Assembly (NCBI GenBank): GCA_951406725.2
Contig: OX597820.1
Location: 77,190,001 to 77,254,000, forward strand
Origin: Octopus vulgaris
Taxonomy: Eukaryota
Direction of reading: 5' to 3'
DNA length: 64,000 bases
The notes under the pieces were generated by a model, which was not told the DNA's origin, searched no databases, and saw only the letters and a program-made list of their open reading frames with translations. A program made the translations under genes and the position numbers. The number at the start of each line of letters is the position of its first letter. Position 1 is the first letter of the stretch. Positions 40,483 through 54,252 of the stretch are shown piece by piece.

Positions 40483-40925
40483 GAGGCGCATGGTTCAGTT
40501 GATAGCAGCGAATTACACTCAGGGCTCTTGAGGATCTGAACGACGTATGAGTTCTTGAGCCTGGCCGGGCGATGTGTTGAGTTTTTTAGCTGGGCCGGGC
40601 GATGTGTTGAGTTCTTGAGCTGGGCAGGGCGATGTGTTGAGTTTTTTAGCTGGGCCGGGCGATGTGTTGAGTTCTTGAGCCTGGCCGGGCGATGTGTTGA
40701 GTTTTTTTAGCTGGGCTGGGCGATGTATTGAGTTCTTGAGCTGGGCAGGGTGATGTGTTGAGTTCTTGAGCTGGGCCGGGCGATGTGTTTAGTTTTTGAG
40801 CTGGGCCGGGCGCTGTGTTTAGTTTTTGAGCCGGGTCGGGCGATGTGTTGAGTTCTTGAGCTGGGCCGGGCGATGTGATGAGTTCTTGAGCAACGCACAT
40901 CATTTCACGTTGCATCACTCCACAA
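40483..40925 (+). mobile_element. SINE family D copy hosting a minisatellite
   Basis: gaggcgcatggttcagttgatag head before the array and aacgcacatcatttcacgttgc after it. Confidence 0.6.
40549..40891. repeat. 30-bp minisatellite, 11 units plus a partial unit
   Basis: Unit TGGGCCGGGCGATGTGTTGAGTTCTTGAGC repeated head to tail with no spacers. Confidence 0.97.
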
Positions 40926-42541
40926 TATGCATGCCACAGAATCCGGGAAACCGACATGATAATGTGATGGATTGGGTGGTATCACGTTTTTCCTTTTACC
41001 AGTGTATTATGCTTTTTCCTTCCGTGCTGTAATTTGGTATAAAATATGTCAATATATTTTAGTCTATTCTCTACTCATGGATGGATGTAAGTATGTCTTC
41101 GTATAAAATTTCTCAATGGACAGATAGAACCATCGACCGCTTTAGTTTGTATCTTGTGTTGAGACTATATTCTCTCTCCCGCTCTTTCCCTTTCTCCAAT
41201 AAATTATGTCATTGACACAAAACACTTTTGTTGCACCAATAATATATTTATGTAATGCAGTCTACAACGCGTTACATGAGCAAACAAGTTTATCCCATTT
41301 ACTTAAGACGTAGCAACAGAACTTTTATAATTGTGTTTCCCTCGACAATAAATAAGGATATTCTGTCGTTGGTGAATGTGAAAAACTGTATTGAGATTAC
41401 TATTAACCAATACGTCTTTCATCTGTTCATGAAACCAACATATTTGAATCATTTTATAAAGTATATGTTGGATAAAATTTTAATCCTTCTCATCTGAAGT
41501 AGTCACTTCTCTGGGTGGTCAGATATCAGTTTTTACCTGCACAGAATCAATGTATTTAAAAAAAGGAAGAGTTGAAATTAAAGCATACATGATTTCAAAA
41601 CGGTAGCCTCATCCTTTTATAATTAGCCACTGAACTTTTCAACCCACTCTCATAGTTATGTGACGAAGAAATGACTTCTGTTTAGCAGTGCTTTTTTCCA
41701 GATAGAGAAAGTACTTGTGTCACAATACAATTATACATGGGATCATTAAAACAAGTCTGATGTATCCAGAATGATTTTGTATGATTTACATACCTAAGAA
41801 AACCCTGTGTTCAAGGGTCGAATGATTTCTATATTGAATCTAGTCATTCAGAATGTAATTGACGCTAAAATGCAAAACTTCCCAATTACTTTAAATAAAC
41901 AGACTATAAAATGCACAGCCTTTGCCACATCGGTATAATGAAAACTAATAAACGAAGGGATATTAAGTACTATTTCAGTAGAATCGTACAAATGAAAGTT
42001 AGATTTTATTTTCACTGCATTCTATACACTAAGTTTTCCAAGAAGAAATGAATTTGACATTGAGGCGTGTATCTTCTGCCCTGTCTATTGATATCTCACT
42101 CTTTCAAGAAGAGTTGTAGGTATGTAACTGATATAAGTAGAAATAATATAAAGTCTGCGAATACCTATATTTCACTTCATTTATGACATGTTTATGAGCA
42201 GGTTTATTCCCTTTAGCAATACCAGGAGCTATATTCACTTGATGGATTTGTAAAAGTTTGAATTCACCAGTAGCTTATTGATTAAACTTGATATACTCTG
42301 CGTTGTGCTTTAGACGCAGCTTTCACTTTTTCTTGGCAATAACCCGTCTATCCATACTGTAGTAAGTCGAATACATGATCTGAATATTGCTTTGAAGATT
42401 GGTTATTTCGATCTTCACAGTTTTACTTTGTAACGCTATACGATACGGTGTATAATCTACATTTCAGCGACTTGCTGCATATCTCCAGGCTTTGATATAC
42501 CACGTCATGTAGGTTTTAAAGACAGACACACACACACACAT

Positions 42542-42580
<39 letters not shown>

Positions 42581-44000
42581 CAAGATTAGCGTTCAAATTG
42601 TCAGCCTTGCCTTTCTATCCTAATTGATATCTAATGCCTAAAGTAAAGTAGTAAATTATATCGGTCTTCGAGATTCAGTATAAAATTATATTTACGAATC
42701 GCTTTTGGTGGCAAAATGAAATATATATCTAATACTTAATCATCGAATCTTTAAAATTACACTAACATTTGCGGTACCTCTGCGCCTTCTACAATTTGAG
42801 ACCTAAAACGGAAAACTGATTGATTTTGAAATGAAACGCTTACATGTACACGCATGAGCGCACACACACAAAATAGGAAACTATGTAATACATGCTTAAA
42901 GACAACTTCAATGTACGAAACCAAAGAAGAAAGCCAAACTACTAAAAGATATAATTGCAAGTCGATGCAGTTTACAATGCTGGTAGCCTAATAACATAGA
43001 ATGAGGCTCCTTCATGTGGTATGGACATGGGGATGCCAGTTACATATCACGTGGATTTATGGTTAAGCTTACAAACAACTTGATGCAGTTTAACTGGGTG
43101 CTTTGTCATTTCAGAGTTTTTAGCTAAGAGCTGCTTTCAGAGCTAGGAAATGTGGTTATACAATGGGGGAATAATATGTAAATACAAAGGAAGTTTTCAA
43201 ACACGAAGTGGAAAGCGATTGACGCTCGCATGCGTGAGAAGCAAATTTTGGAGAAGTAAAATTTTCAAAACAATGTGAGAGAGGAGATGAGAGAAAGAGG
43301 AAGAAGAGAGGGATAAATAACAGAGACCGAAATAGAGAGATTGAAAATTAAGAGACTTGCATGAATTGATAGAAATATACCTTGTATATATTCCATTCAA
43401 GGATATTTGGTTGATCCAAGAATCCGTGCTTTTATGAGATATCACTATAGCTTGAAGATTTAATTTAGAGATAGGACAGGGACATAAATAAAGAATATCT
43501 AAACATAAACAGAATATTGTCTATTATTCTTCCTTACGCTAAATATTTTCTTATATACTTATATATAATTGCAATATCTGAGTTTGGAACTATTAGTAGA
43601 GAAACATTTTTCAAAATCTATTGGAAATATAAGCACGAATACGTAACAGAAGAACGAATAATATACGATTTCATTCTATTTTCAATACATATGATTCTCT
43701 TTATGATTGAACTGCATTGATTGAAACCTTTCAATGAAAGAACCTCATCTGGATTCTCACCGTTTCTTTGTAACTGTATCGCCGCAGAGCGACATTTTCC
43801 TGTAACGAATCCGTTATAATTATACTTTAACGTAATATTATAATATTCCTTCGATCAAAGGCGAATAATACAACAGTCCTGGCTTGCATAGCATTCAAGA
43901 AATCAGTAAATGAGCCTTTGGATCAGCCTTTTGTAACGATCATGATAAGCTAGAACCTCACATAAGACAGTTCCTGCTTTTAATATGTACATCACGATTA

Positions 44001-44280
44001 AGGCGGTGAGCTGGCAGAACAATTTGCAAGCCTGGCAAAATTCTTCCCAGACGGTATTTCATCCGTCTGTACGTTCTGAATTCAACTTCCGCTGGGATCG
44101 ACTTTGCATTTCCTCCTTTCAGGTTCGATAAAATAACAGATGTGCATTGGGATTGACGAATTCGACTTGCCCTATCATCCAAAATTCTTGGCCTGGTGCC
44201 AAAATATGAAATCGATGTTCGCAGCACGATTGAGGCTGAATTGGCAAGATCGTTAGCACGCCATGCAAAATGCTTCGTGG
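44001..44280 (+). mobile_element. SINE family B plus a second head fragment
   Basis: ggcggtgagctggcagaac...gttctgaattcaacttccgc; second head ttggcaagatcgttagcacgcc. Confidence 0.75.
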
Positions 44281-44900
44281 CAGTTCGATCCGCGGCTATA
44301 GTAGAAGACATTTCCCCAAGGTGCAAACGAGAAACCATGTGAACAGGAAACAAACTTCTTATCAGAGACCCATACCCGCCCCTACCGCATATATTTTCTT
44401 AATAAACATAGGACTACAGTAGCCAAGATGTCATTCTCTCTTTCAGAAATAGGAGTATAATGGCTACTATTTCAACACTGTCGAATGGCACTACGCTAAC
44501 ATCCTCATCGGCATGAAGAAGTAATGATACGTTTGATAGCATTCCTGCTCACAGAGTGCCACACGCGAATATAAATATAAACCCATGTATACACACACAT
44601 TAGTATTTGCCCGCATGTTTTTCCTGTTTTATTGTTTACAAATTATTTCATTTGCTCGCGAATTCATGCTTAATTATTTTGCTACTATTCCATTCTCTTT
44701 TACTAACAAATAAATATGAACATTCTTTGAAATATATATCTGCAGTCTCACAGAGATATACAGACAAATTTTACCCGGCACGTTTGCACGCACGCATACA
44801 CACACCTCCTCATACATACACGTGAATATGTATGGACGAATGTATCTATGTGCGCAGAGTATTTAGTTAAACAATTGTTTCATTCTTAAATACAAGTGAA

Positions 44901-45333
44901 AAGGCGTGGCTGTGTGGTAAGAAGTTACATTCGGAAAGACTTGGTCCCGGCTTCAGTGCCACTGCGACGCAGCTTGGGCAACTGTTTTCCAGTATATCCT
45001 TCTGCCGACCAAAGCCTTGCGAATGGATTTCCAGAGACCGAATAGACCGCAAACAAAAGAAGCTCGTCGTATATATATTCGTGTGTGTGTGTGCGTATTT
45101 GTGTATGTGTGTTTGTGTATGTGTGCTTCACTCTGTGTTTGTCTCTTCACCGCCGATTGACAACGGGTGCTTGTATCCCAAACACTTAGCAGTTCGTCAA
45201 AAGAGTTCAAGTAAAATGAGTACCAGGTTTGTTATTTTAAATTACTGGGGTCGATTTGTTCGACTAAAATTTCAAGTCGGTGCCACAACATGGCTGCAGT
45301 CTAATGACTGAAACAAATAAAAGCATAAAAGAT
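44901..45333 (+). mobile_element. SINE family A, full length
   Basis: gcgtggctgtgtggtaagaag head through tggctgcagtctaatgactgaaacaaataaaag tail. Confidence 0.87.
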
Positions 45334-46906
45334 ATTTACGAGAGATCGACTACTTGTAAAAACGTAATAAATTAAACTCTTAAAGAGGAGAGGATTTTAA
45401 AAACATGATTCACTATTAAAATCTTTTGTTAATGTTCATTTTCTTGTTGTTCTATATTTCCGACCGAAATGTCATCGAATAAACCTATAATCAAACCGTT
45501 TGTATCCCCACTTTACTTAAGTTACAAAGTTCACATCTGAGAGTGTTCATATTATTTGAGAGAGCGGTGTGGTTTGAGGAAAATCTTAATAATAATTCAA
45601 AATGCTCGAGAGACAATATAAGAAGTTTTTCGTTGGCAACATTATTTATTTGGGAAGCTAACACAATTAAATTTTTGAAACATATAAAAAATTTTTTAAA
45701 TGAACTTAAAACTAAGCCTGCAGTTACTTTTATATTACTATAATTTACCACCAATGAAATCGTTCATATTTCAAATATATATATATAAATATTTGCTGTT
45801 TAACATAATTTTGCTTTTTCATTTTATAAATTAAATTAAAACCTATAGCATTTCAAAAATATATTCACGCGGTCACAGAGGAGTATACTAATTGATACCT
45901 TTATTGCACATAATTATGATATTTGTTTCTCTAAACACATAATTACATGCTACTTAAATGTTAATTTAGACAATCTTAAATTAATAACAACACAGCAACA
46001 GGTTTTATATGTATTCCTATTACTATAAATTCCTATTGTTACCTTTTCTTTTTTTACGTATTTCTTATGAGCAACATTTTCATTACTAGTTCTAACTGGA
46101 TTTCACATTATCAAATTTTAGTTAGATCTCACATTGGTTCGCATATCATAAATGATAACCATAACAGAGATTATCTTCATCATTACTGCTGTCTCAATAC
46201 AATCAAATATCTTCTTAGAATCGATTACCAATATATCTTATATATTCATTGAATGACATATATTCTCGGTGTAAATCCCTTTAACTTCGCATTTAGATAA
46301 CAATAAATATTGGGTATACAGTCAGCATGTCAATTCACGAAACGAACGTAGCTCAGGTTTATTTGTCAAATCCGAGGGCTTCTTTGAAGTATCCAGTAAA
46401 TGATTGGGTTCTAGGCTTTGGAAATGCCAAGGGAATATTTCTTACGTGATCTCCCTTTTGATAAACACATTTCAGTTGTTTGGCTATAATTCAAATATTG
46501 ATTGGATTGCATTTGATGTTAGATAAATCTTTGATACACAAAGATTTTATACATGCTGTTTGAAGACACACAAGGCGATGGTAATATATCTGAAGCCAGA
46601 TGAATTTTGAACATTTCGCTGGTTCCAAGGGACGTACAAACTTTTGTTACATATGGTACATTGCTAGTTAATGAACTATTTCTCTATGTGCTGAAAATAA
46701 ACGGTAAACACTATTAGGTAGCACATTTCGAAGAAACACAAATTATAAAATGAATTACATAATACTGGTAAATATATAAGTGTGTGTGTGTGCTAGTATG
46801 TGTTTGCAAGTACGTGTGCGTGTGTGTGAGAAAGTGTGTGTATGTGAAAGTGTGTGTGTATTTGTGTTAATATCTCTGTATGTGTTTGTGTGCGCGTGAT
46901 TGCGTG

Positions 46907-47055
46907 AAGGTACATGGCTTAGTTGTGACTTGATCCGGAGGCTCTAAATTCGATTCCTGGCGGCGCCTTGCATCCTGGAGGGCGACAGTTTATTTCAGAT
47001 TGCACCAGTCTACTCAACCGGCAAAAATAAGTAGTACCTGTAACTGAAAGTTGAT
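46907..47055 (+). mobile_element. SINE family D, degenerate
   Basis: catggcttagttg...ttcgattcctgg...atttcagattgcaccagtctactcaaccggcaaaaat. Confidence 0.55.
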
Positions 47056-47187
47056 CCGCTGAACGAATCAATTAGGCTTGTCATCGTAGTAACCGATGGC
47101 GAGCTGTGATTGATATGTGTGGGTGTATGTGTGTATACATTCAAATAGATAGGCAGACAGATTTATTGATAGACACACACATTTTGA

Positions 47188-48180
47188 CAGGGTATTGCAG
47201 ATAAATTGAGACCAATTTTAAGCAAATGAGTTGGTAGGTTTAACATTTCAGTTTTTGAAAAAACCTTCCTTGCTTGAAAATTTAATCCTCTACTTCTTTG
47301 TCAGGTAAATAGTGAACTGTTTTGACAACAGACAATCATGGAGAAACAGAAAAGTTCTGCCATTGTTGTTTTCGGAGCACACTGCCAATAGAATAGTCAA
47401 GTTGACGAAACTACTACAAGCAAGTTTGTCGTGTGAATTAACAAATTAAAAACAGGCAAAATTGATAAAAAAGAACACAAGTCTCGAAGTGATTCCCAGC
47501 GCAATCCAAGTATCTCGTTGGCCACAAATGCTCCATTAAAGCCAGTATATCCACATCCATGACAACTCTTGCAAGGAAACGCAGCGTGTCCCTTTCTACG
47601 GTATCCAGAGCTGTGAACAGGAACCTCGGCATGACTTGCTATGTTCGACCACGCCGTCATCTCGTAACAGTCAAGGCCAAAGCAATCAGAGCCGCGAAAA
47701 GCCTAAAGCTTTTATCATTCATCAAGCATGGATGTGCAGGAAAATTTCCTGCGTTTCTGGCGAAAGAGATGTTCACTGCGGACATTGAGGTGATCCGCAG
47801 AAATTTTCGATTGATTGCATGCAACCTTTCTGATGTTCCCACTATGTTTTAGACCAAGAACCCTGCCTTTCTGATGGTATTTGATGCAGCAGAGAGTGAT
47901 ATAAGTTTCATGGATCCACACTTCAGTGAGTCTGGCTTGAAGATCGGTACCAACGAGTATCCGGACATCCTAAAGAACTCTGTTACCTTGGATGGAGCAG
48001 AAGTTTAGGCTTAACAATGCGGTGTTTAACCAGCATTCTGCACTTTGCCATGGGTCAAGAGCTATACAGGTGAGAAGGTGACAATTTTTGTGAGGGCCAA
48101 TACCTGGCCCAGTAGTAGTTGAGATGTGAACATGGTCGATTAATTTTTTGTGGGGCGTGTTTCAAGCTAAGATCAATGCG
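47188..48180 (+). mobile_element. maT-like Tc1/mariner transposase pseudogene
   Basis: SMTTLARKRSVSLSTVSRAVNRNLGMTCY...SDVPTMF*TKNPAFLMVF...MDPHF...NEY.DIL, colinear with the element at 5086. Confidence 0.8.
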
Positions 48181-48197
48181 TGTGTATGTGTGTTTGC

Positions 48198-48228
<31 letters not shown>

Positions 48229-48368
48229 TACGTATGCGTGCATACATATAATTGATTTGTGAATCAATAAGGCTACCGAACCACTAAGTCACGGAAAATT
48301 GAACAAACCAATACCAGATATTCAGCAGTGGTGCGAGATAATCACAAACACAAAACCCACATACATGC

Positions 48369-48419
<51 letters not shown>

Positions 48420-48476
48420 GTGTGTGTGGAGAGAGAGAGATTAATATTGCTAACTCTCTCTAGAGGAAACAACGGC

Positions 48477-48921
48477 AGCAGTACTGGATATTAATGGTTT
48501 TTGCCAAGCTAACATGGCAGTCTAGGAAAAAAGGACGAATGCTACTGTTGATTAGCTTAGCCGAATTGCCGTATTAGGTTGGCAATAACTATTAATACCC
48601 AGTACTGCTCCCTTAGTCTCGTTTAGAGAAATTTAGAACTAATAATATTTCTGAAAACCAGTGGATGTGTTCCACTGAATATATATAAACCTTCGAACAG
48701 ACAGTCAGTACTGCTGGGTTCGGCTACTCCACATTGAGAAGGAGCAATCACCCCGAAACTAGTCTGTGGATGTTGACCCAGCAATGGGAAGCTGCTGATC
48801 TCCCATTTTCGAAGGTTGTAATGGACACAGGTTTGTGCGTCACATGGTCTCTTGGGGCTAATCAACGGCAGTATTTGTCCTTTTTTCCTGGACTGCCATG
48901 TTAGCTTGGCGATAACTATTA

Positions 48922-48925
<4 letters not shown>
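48477..48925. mobile_element. Foldback element with about 70-bp inverted ends and an internal degenerate hammerhead (48712-48783, + strand)
   Basis: 48488-48556 is inverted at 48857-48925, and 48477-48512 is also inverted at 48574-48609; internal TCCACA-TTGAGAA..C-GAA-ACTAGT-C-TGTGGA. Confidence 0.8.
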
Positions 48926-48964
<39 letters not shown>

Positions 48965-50523
48965 TACAAATGCTTATCCTTATGTTTGCTCCTGTAGCTG
49001 CTCAAGTTTAAATCTCTCAAGCAATACGAATTGTAGACTTCATTGTCTTTCTTCCATCAATCTTTTAGCTTAATACATAATCTCATCACCAAACATATTT
49101 ATAATATAAGTATATATAGATCTAATTATGATAACTCAATCACCATCTCATACTTCTGAAAAGTTTTTTTTCTCTTGCCTCACGTAGATTAAATATATGA
49201 ACTAGTGTAATCGATATTACAACTTCATAAATTTATATTTTTCACATAATTAAATTTTATTCAATTCAATTTTAAAGTCTTTGGCCCAAATTTCGGAATG
49301 ATTTCATTCTAATGTACTTTTACCATAATTTCAAAGAGAACTTTACTTCTTTTACTACGTCAAATTTGTAATAGAGTGTTATAATCAATTGAATTGGCCG
49401 AATTAATAATTATTCATGTGAGTTTAGGAACTTAACCAATTCATTGTTTTAAGCTAGAAAGAAGTGAATTCAATTATTCATGAGAATTACTTATTCATCC
49501 CAACATGACGTTTACATATATACCCAGCCAAGTTTCAAAGGGCTTTTATCATTCCAGTTAGAGTAATGCATGTTTGAAACCCTCATGCGTTTATTAAAAA
49601 AAGAAGTATATACCGACATCAATCAACAATCGTATCTTGGACCAGTAACCATTCCTTACTTATGCCAGGAATATTAATGTTGTTTGTCTGCCAGAAACAG
49701 ATGCGTGATAGTCGAAGTAGGGAATTTCGATGGAGTTACATACACACTCCTGAAAACATTTTAATGCTATAGCGTAAAATATAACGTCTTACCGGATTAT
49801 CATTTCGAGAATATTGTATTTTCCTCACACACATCTACTCTTACATTTAATTATTGAAGAAAATCCATTAAATACTGTTAGAGACAAAACAAAAATATAT
49901 TAATTTAAAGCTAATAAAAAAACGAAGCACTCAACAAAAATAGAAATTTGAATATTTCTGCATAACTTTGGGAATGAAAAGTGCGAGCAAGGAACCAATA
50001 TTGTTAAATCCGGCATTAAGCAAATATTTGGAAATGGTCGTGTTTAGAACAATGAAATTAATCGATGAAAAATCATTTACATTGTTTCCAGAACGTCTGG
50101 AACAGTTTGCAAATTAGCACACCAATTCATAAATGAAGAAGTGGAAAAACATATAAATATACAATAAAAAACATAAAAAGAAACAGATCCTTTCATTGAA
50201 ATGTAATAATTATTTACAGCATACAAAATTATTCAGACCGTATAATTGGCGGTTTAATGAAACAGTATTTGCAATTCATAGCAATGTTCTTTTTGTGCGT
50301 AAATCGAATATCAGGACGATATTTACTTGCATAAGTGTGTATGACTGAGAAGATAAATACGAAATAAGAAAATTAAAACACACACGACAGTTGTATGCTG
50401 CTTACAGTAGGCGCCAAATAAATATTAGAAATTGCTATCGTTGCTCACTGATAATGGGAGATGCTTTCTCAAATATCTTCCTGAAGTTTTTATTTCAGAT
50501 GTTTTTTTTCTTTAACTATATGA

Positions 50524-50960
50524 TACAGGAGTGGTTGTATATTAAGACGCGTACTTCTCAATCACATGATTCCGTGTTCAACCTCATTACATGATAACTT
50601 GGATAAGTGTCTGCTACTATAACATTGTGAGTGGACGAAAACTAGAAGACTGTCGTATATATATATATATATATATATTATGAGAGGCCTCACTGATGAG
50701 CAAGAAAGCTACGAATGTTCCGTCCTGGTTTTCCTGTCTGTCTTTGTATCGTCCACCTGTCCGTATTGTCCGTTTTCCTGTCTGTCTTTGTATCGTCCAC
50801 CTGTCCGTATTGTCTGTTACGTTCTTGTTCCGTTTTGGGGGGATTTATACCGAATGACAACAGGTGTTGGTTTGCTTATGTCTCCGTAATTTAGCGGTTT
50901 GGAGAAAACAACCAATTTAGTAAGTACCTAGCTGAGCAAAAATAAGTTCTAGGTTGACAA
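50524..50960 (+). mobile_element. Degenerate SINE family A interrupted by an insert containing a 44-bp tandem duplication (50728-50813)
   Basis: Head ggagtggttgtatattaag and tail gtaatttagcggtttgg; ttttcctgtctgtctttgtatcgtccacctgtccgtattgtc occurs twice. Confidence 0.65.
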
Positions 50961-51595
50961 AAGTGACAAGAAAAAATAAAAGCTAATCCAAAACAAAAGA
51001 CGTATTAGAAGATAATTTGATGAGTGTAGCATAATTTATACATTTCCTCTACCACTGAGTAAAGCTGTTTACTAGTTTCACGACTATACGAACATAATCC
51101 TGGTAAATATTTCCTTTGTGAGTGAAATTTGCCATTTTCATGGTGTCGGGAAATCTGATAAATTGTAAACTGCAGCTTTAGTTCAGATCACACAACCTTA
51201 AAGTAGTTACTTTTGGGGTTCGTGGGCAGTTAAAATATGATTATTAATACTTACTATGTGTGCATATGTACGCATGTATGTACACACACACACTCACACA
51301 TAGGTCTACATATATATTTATATCTTAAAATATGGTATATACAAAAGAAGATCAGAAAATTAAGCTATTATTTTTTTCAAAATTGATTTATTTAGTTTCT
51401 GCATTAATTATGTAACTAATTTTGTATTGACCACAATAACTAATAAAATAGAGTTCATATATCTCGCTCGCCTTACGTCATTTTCGTATGAAGAAGAAAA
51501 ATCCGCCTGTTTTTATTTTATTTTTATTTTAAAAACAACGGGCATGCAACACATTGGAACTCGGGTTAAACTGCTGTTTCCCCTTCTCTCTGCTT

Positions 51596-51612
51596 TATAT
51601 ATATATATCTAT

Positions 51613-51651
<39 letters not shown>

Positions 51652-51719
51652 CATAAATACATTCATATATATATACATACATAAATACATTCATATATAT
51701 ATATATACACATACATACA

Positions 51720-51772
<53 letters not shown>
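51596..51772. repeat. (TA)n/(TACA)n microsatellite
   Basis: Direct reading. Confidence 0.95.
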
Positions 51773-51773
<1 letters not shown>

Positions 51774-52074
51774 CCACTGTGTCTGGGGAAAGTCATTCTC
51801 TTCTAGTGTCCTTGTGACTTAACGCGCTCACCGGTAAAATTTCCACTCAATTACTTATTTATTTTTCTAAAATTTTCGCTGCGCCTTGCCGACTTTTCGA
51901 TTGTTGCTATTCAAGGTGCGTTATTTTAGCTTGTTTGTGCGCATGTCTGGGTCAGTGTGTATGTCCATACACATGTATATATGTATATATGTATGTCTAT
52001 ATGCATGTATGTATACATACATGCAAGTGTGTGTATGCATGTATGTATGTGTTTGTGTGGGGGAGGACGCCAGT

Positions 52075-52390
52075 GCTACTTATTTTATTGAATCGAAATT
52101 ATGAAAGGCAAAGTCGACCTCGGCAGAATGTGAACACAGAACGTAAAAACACACGAATTATATGTTTCTTTACTACCCACAAGGGGCTAAGCATAGAGAG
52201 GACAAACATGGAGAGACAAACGCATTAAGTCGATTATATCGACCCAGTGTGTAACTGGTACTTATTTAATCGACCCCGAAAGGATGAAAGCAAAGTCGAC
52301 CTCGACGGAATTTGAACTGAGAACGTAGCGGCAGACGAAATACAGCTAAGCATTTCGCCCGAGGTGCTAACGTTTCTGCCAGATCACCGC
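52075..52390 (-). mobile_element. SINE family B, full length plus a partial second unit
   Basis: gcatttcgcccgaggtgctaacgtttctgccagatcaccgc is the reverse of the family B head. Confidence 0.88.
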
Positions 52391-53705
52391 ATTTCGAATC
52401 TAAAATACTAAAGCTTCAATAGTCCTTGCATGGGACATTGAACAAGGCAATGACTCGCTTTTTATGTATTTAAGTTCCTATCACAGTATTTCCTTTTCAT
52501 CCACATTTCAATTTTGTTCTACTAACATTTCGAAACAGCAACTGTTGTTTTGACTAAAAGATTAAGGGAATAATATACCCAATCATTTTCTCAGACGTTG
52601 GTAACTTGCTGATTAGAAAACTATTTCATTTAAACTAATAAGTGTAATTAGTGCGGCATTTGAAATATGCTTCCTTAGTAAATGAAAAATGTCGCATTAA
52701 ATTTTCAATTTGCACAAAGAGTTTCCATATTGCTGCTCATATTTAACAGAACTATCAAACAGGAACGCGCACAGACACGGGCGTTCACACATCCACTTAT
52801 ACACACATACGTACATATGTACATAGATATGTATATATATACATGTGTGTGTCAGAGAGAGGGAGATGGAGAAAGAGTGAGAGAGAGCGTGTGTGTGCGC
52901 GCATGGTATGTGTGTATGTATAAACATGGCTAAATAATAAAGTCAGTGTTTATTAAAATGTATTTCATTTCCCAAATTTAATAGAATCTTCTAGCTGAAT
53001 TTAATTATTTTATGAACAGCTGATTAGGAACTGATGACGGTTCTGATCCAGGCTCTGCTGATAACATAATGCAATGTAATCGCAAATATTAAGAATAATT
53101 TCATTCGTTATTTTTGTGCATTCTCGTTCAATTAGTCGACTGTTGCCGCCTTTACAGTGTAAACTTCATCTCATAAGTATTTCATAGTATGAGATCTGGT
53201 GAATGCTGTGTTTGTTCTACTGAACCTCTTCATCATATCCATATATCTGCTTTACCACTTTAAGTGTTGAACTATACGCATTACAGCAGATATGATATAG
53301 GAAAAGAATAGAAATACAGAGAATATCTAGTCTTAATATATATTAAAGGTAGAGATTAATTTGTCCTTAGTTTCTTCAACACATTAACATCACCATCAGA
53401 TCCTCACTTTCAAGCACATTATGCATTTTTTGTTGAAATTTTCAGAGATAGTTTGTATTCTTTGAAATCGATAGCAATTCAGTGTTCATTGCAAATTTAA
53501 GAAAAGAAAGATACGACGGTTGTGACATTAGACTTGTAGCATGATGCCAGAAAAGGAGCTTTGGGGAAATAAAAGAAAATCTCTTCTGTAGCACTATACT
53601 TCTCAAACAGTTTATGATATCTGAGTAGAATAATTTACTGACGCTAAGGTAACGTGTTACAAACTCATAATGCACAACATCCTTGGAATGAAAAAAGGCA
53701 ATATA

Positions 53706-54252
53706 TTGGGTTGTCCGGAAAGTTCGTGCCTATTTTTAAAGGAAAGAAAAAGGTCAATAAATACTTGCCATTACATTTTTAATCAACCAAATAAGGAAGA
53801 TTATGTTGCATGGTGCGTCTCCATCTTTCCTTTAACTTGAAAATACCCTCTTCCCAGAATTGATGTGGTTTTATCGCAAACAATTCATCAAGGTATCTTT
53901 TGACGTCATCCAAGGAATTGAAACTTTTACCATTAAGACTAGTCTGCAGAGACCTGAATAAGTGGAAGTCCGAAGGTGCAATATCTGGTGAATATGGAGG
54001 GTGAGGTAACAAATCCCAGCCGAGCTGCAGCAATTTTTGTCTGGTTCCCAAAGCATCAAGTGCAGTCCATTTTAAAGGGTTACAGAATTAACACAGATTA
54101 TAGGAACATAAACCTTCTTCGACGAAAAGATAGCTGAAACTATACTCTAAATGGAGGTGTAGTCAAATCCTATTTTATGAACTCAACCATGTTCTAAAAT
54201 AAGTCGAAAAATAAGCTACTATAAATCGGCACGAACTTTCCGGACAACTCAA
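53706..54252 (-). mobile_element. Internally deleted mariner element with 30-bp TIRs
   Basis: TIR ttgggttgtccggaaagttcgtgcctattt differs from the other end at 2 positions; TA flanks; ORF 53779-54051 LGWDLLPHPPYSPDIAPSDFHLFRSL. Confidence 0.95.

Noticed and set aside
40549-40891. CRISPR-like 30-bp repeats, or a repeat protein (ORF 40646-40957)
   Set aside because: Units are contiguous with no spacers, there are no cas genes, and the context is a eukaryotic SINE
45491-45754. ORF with RCELC, reminiscent of a Penelope GIY-YIG C-terminus
   Set aside because: Similarity limited to a few residues; no GIY-YIG motifs
46330-46660. Possible Tc1 3' end (gtacaaacttttg)
   Set aside because: No matching second TIR and no clear transposase motif
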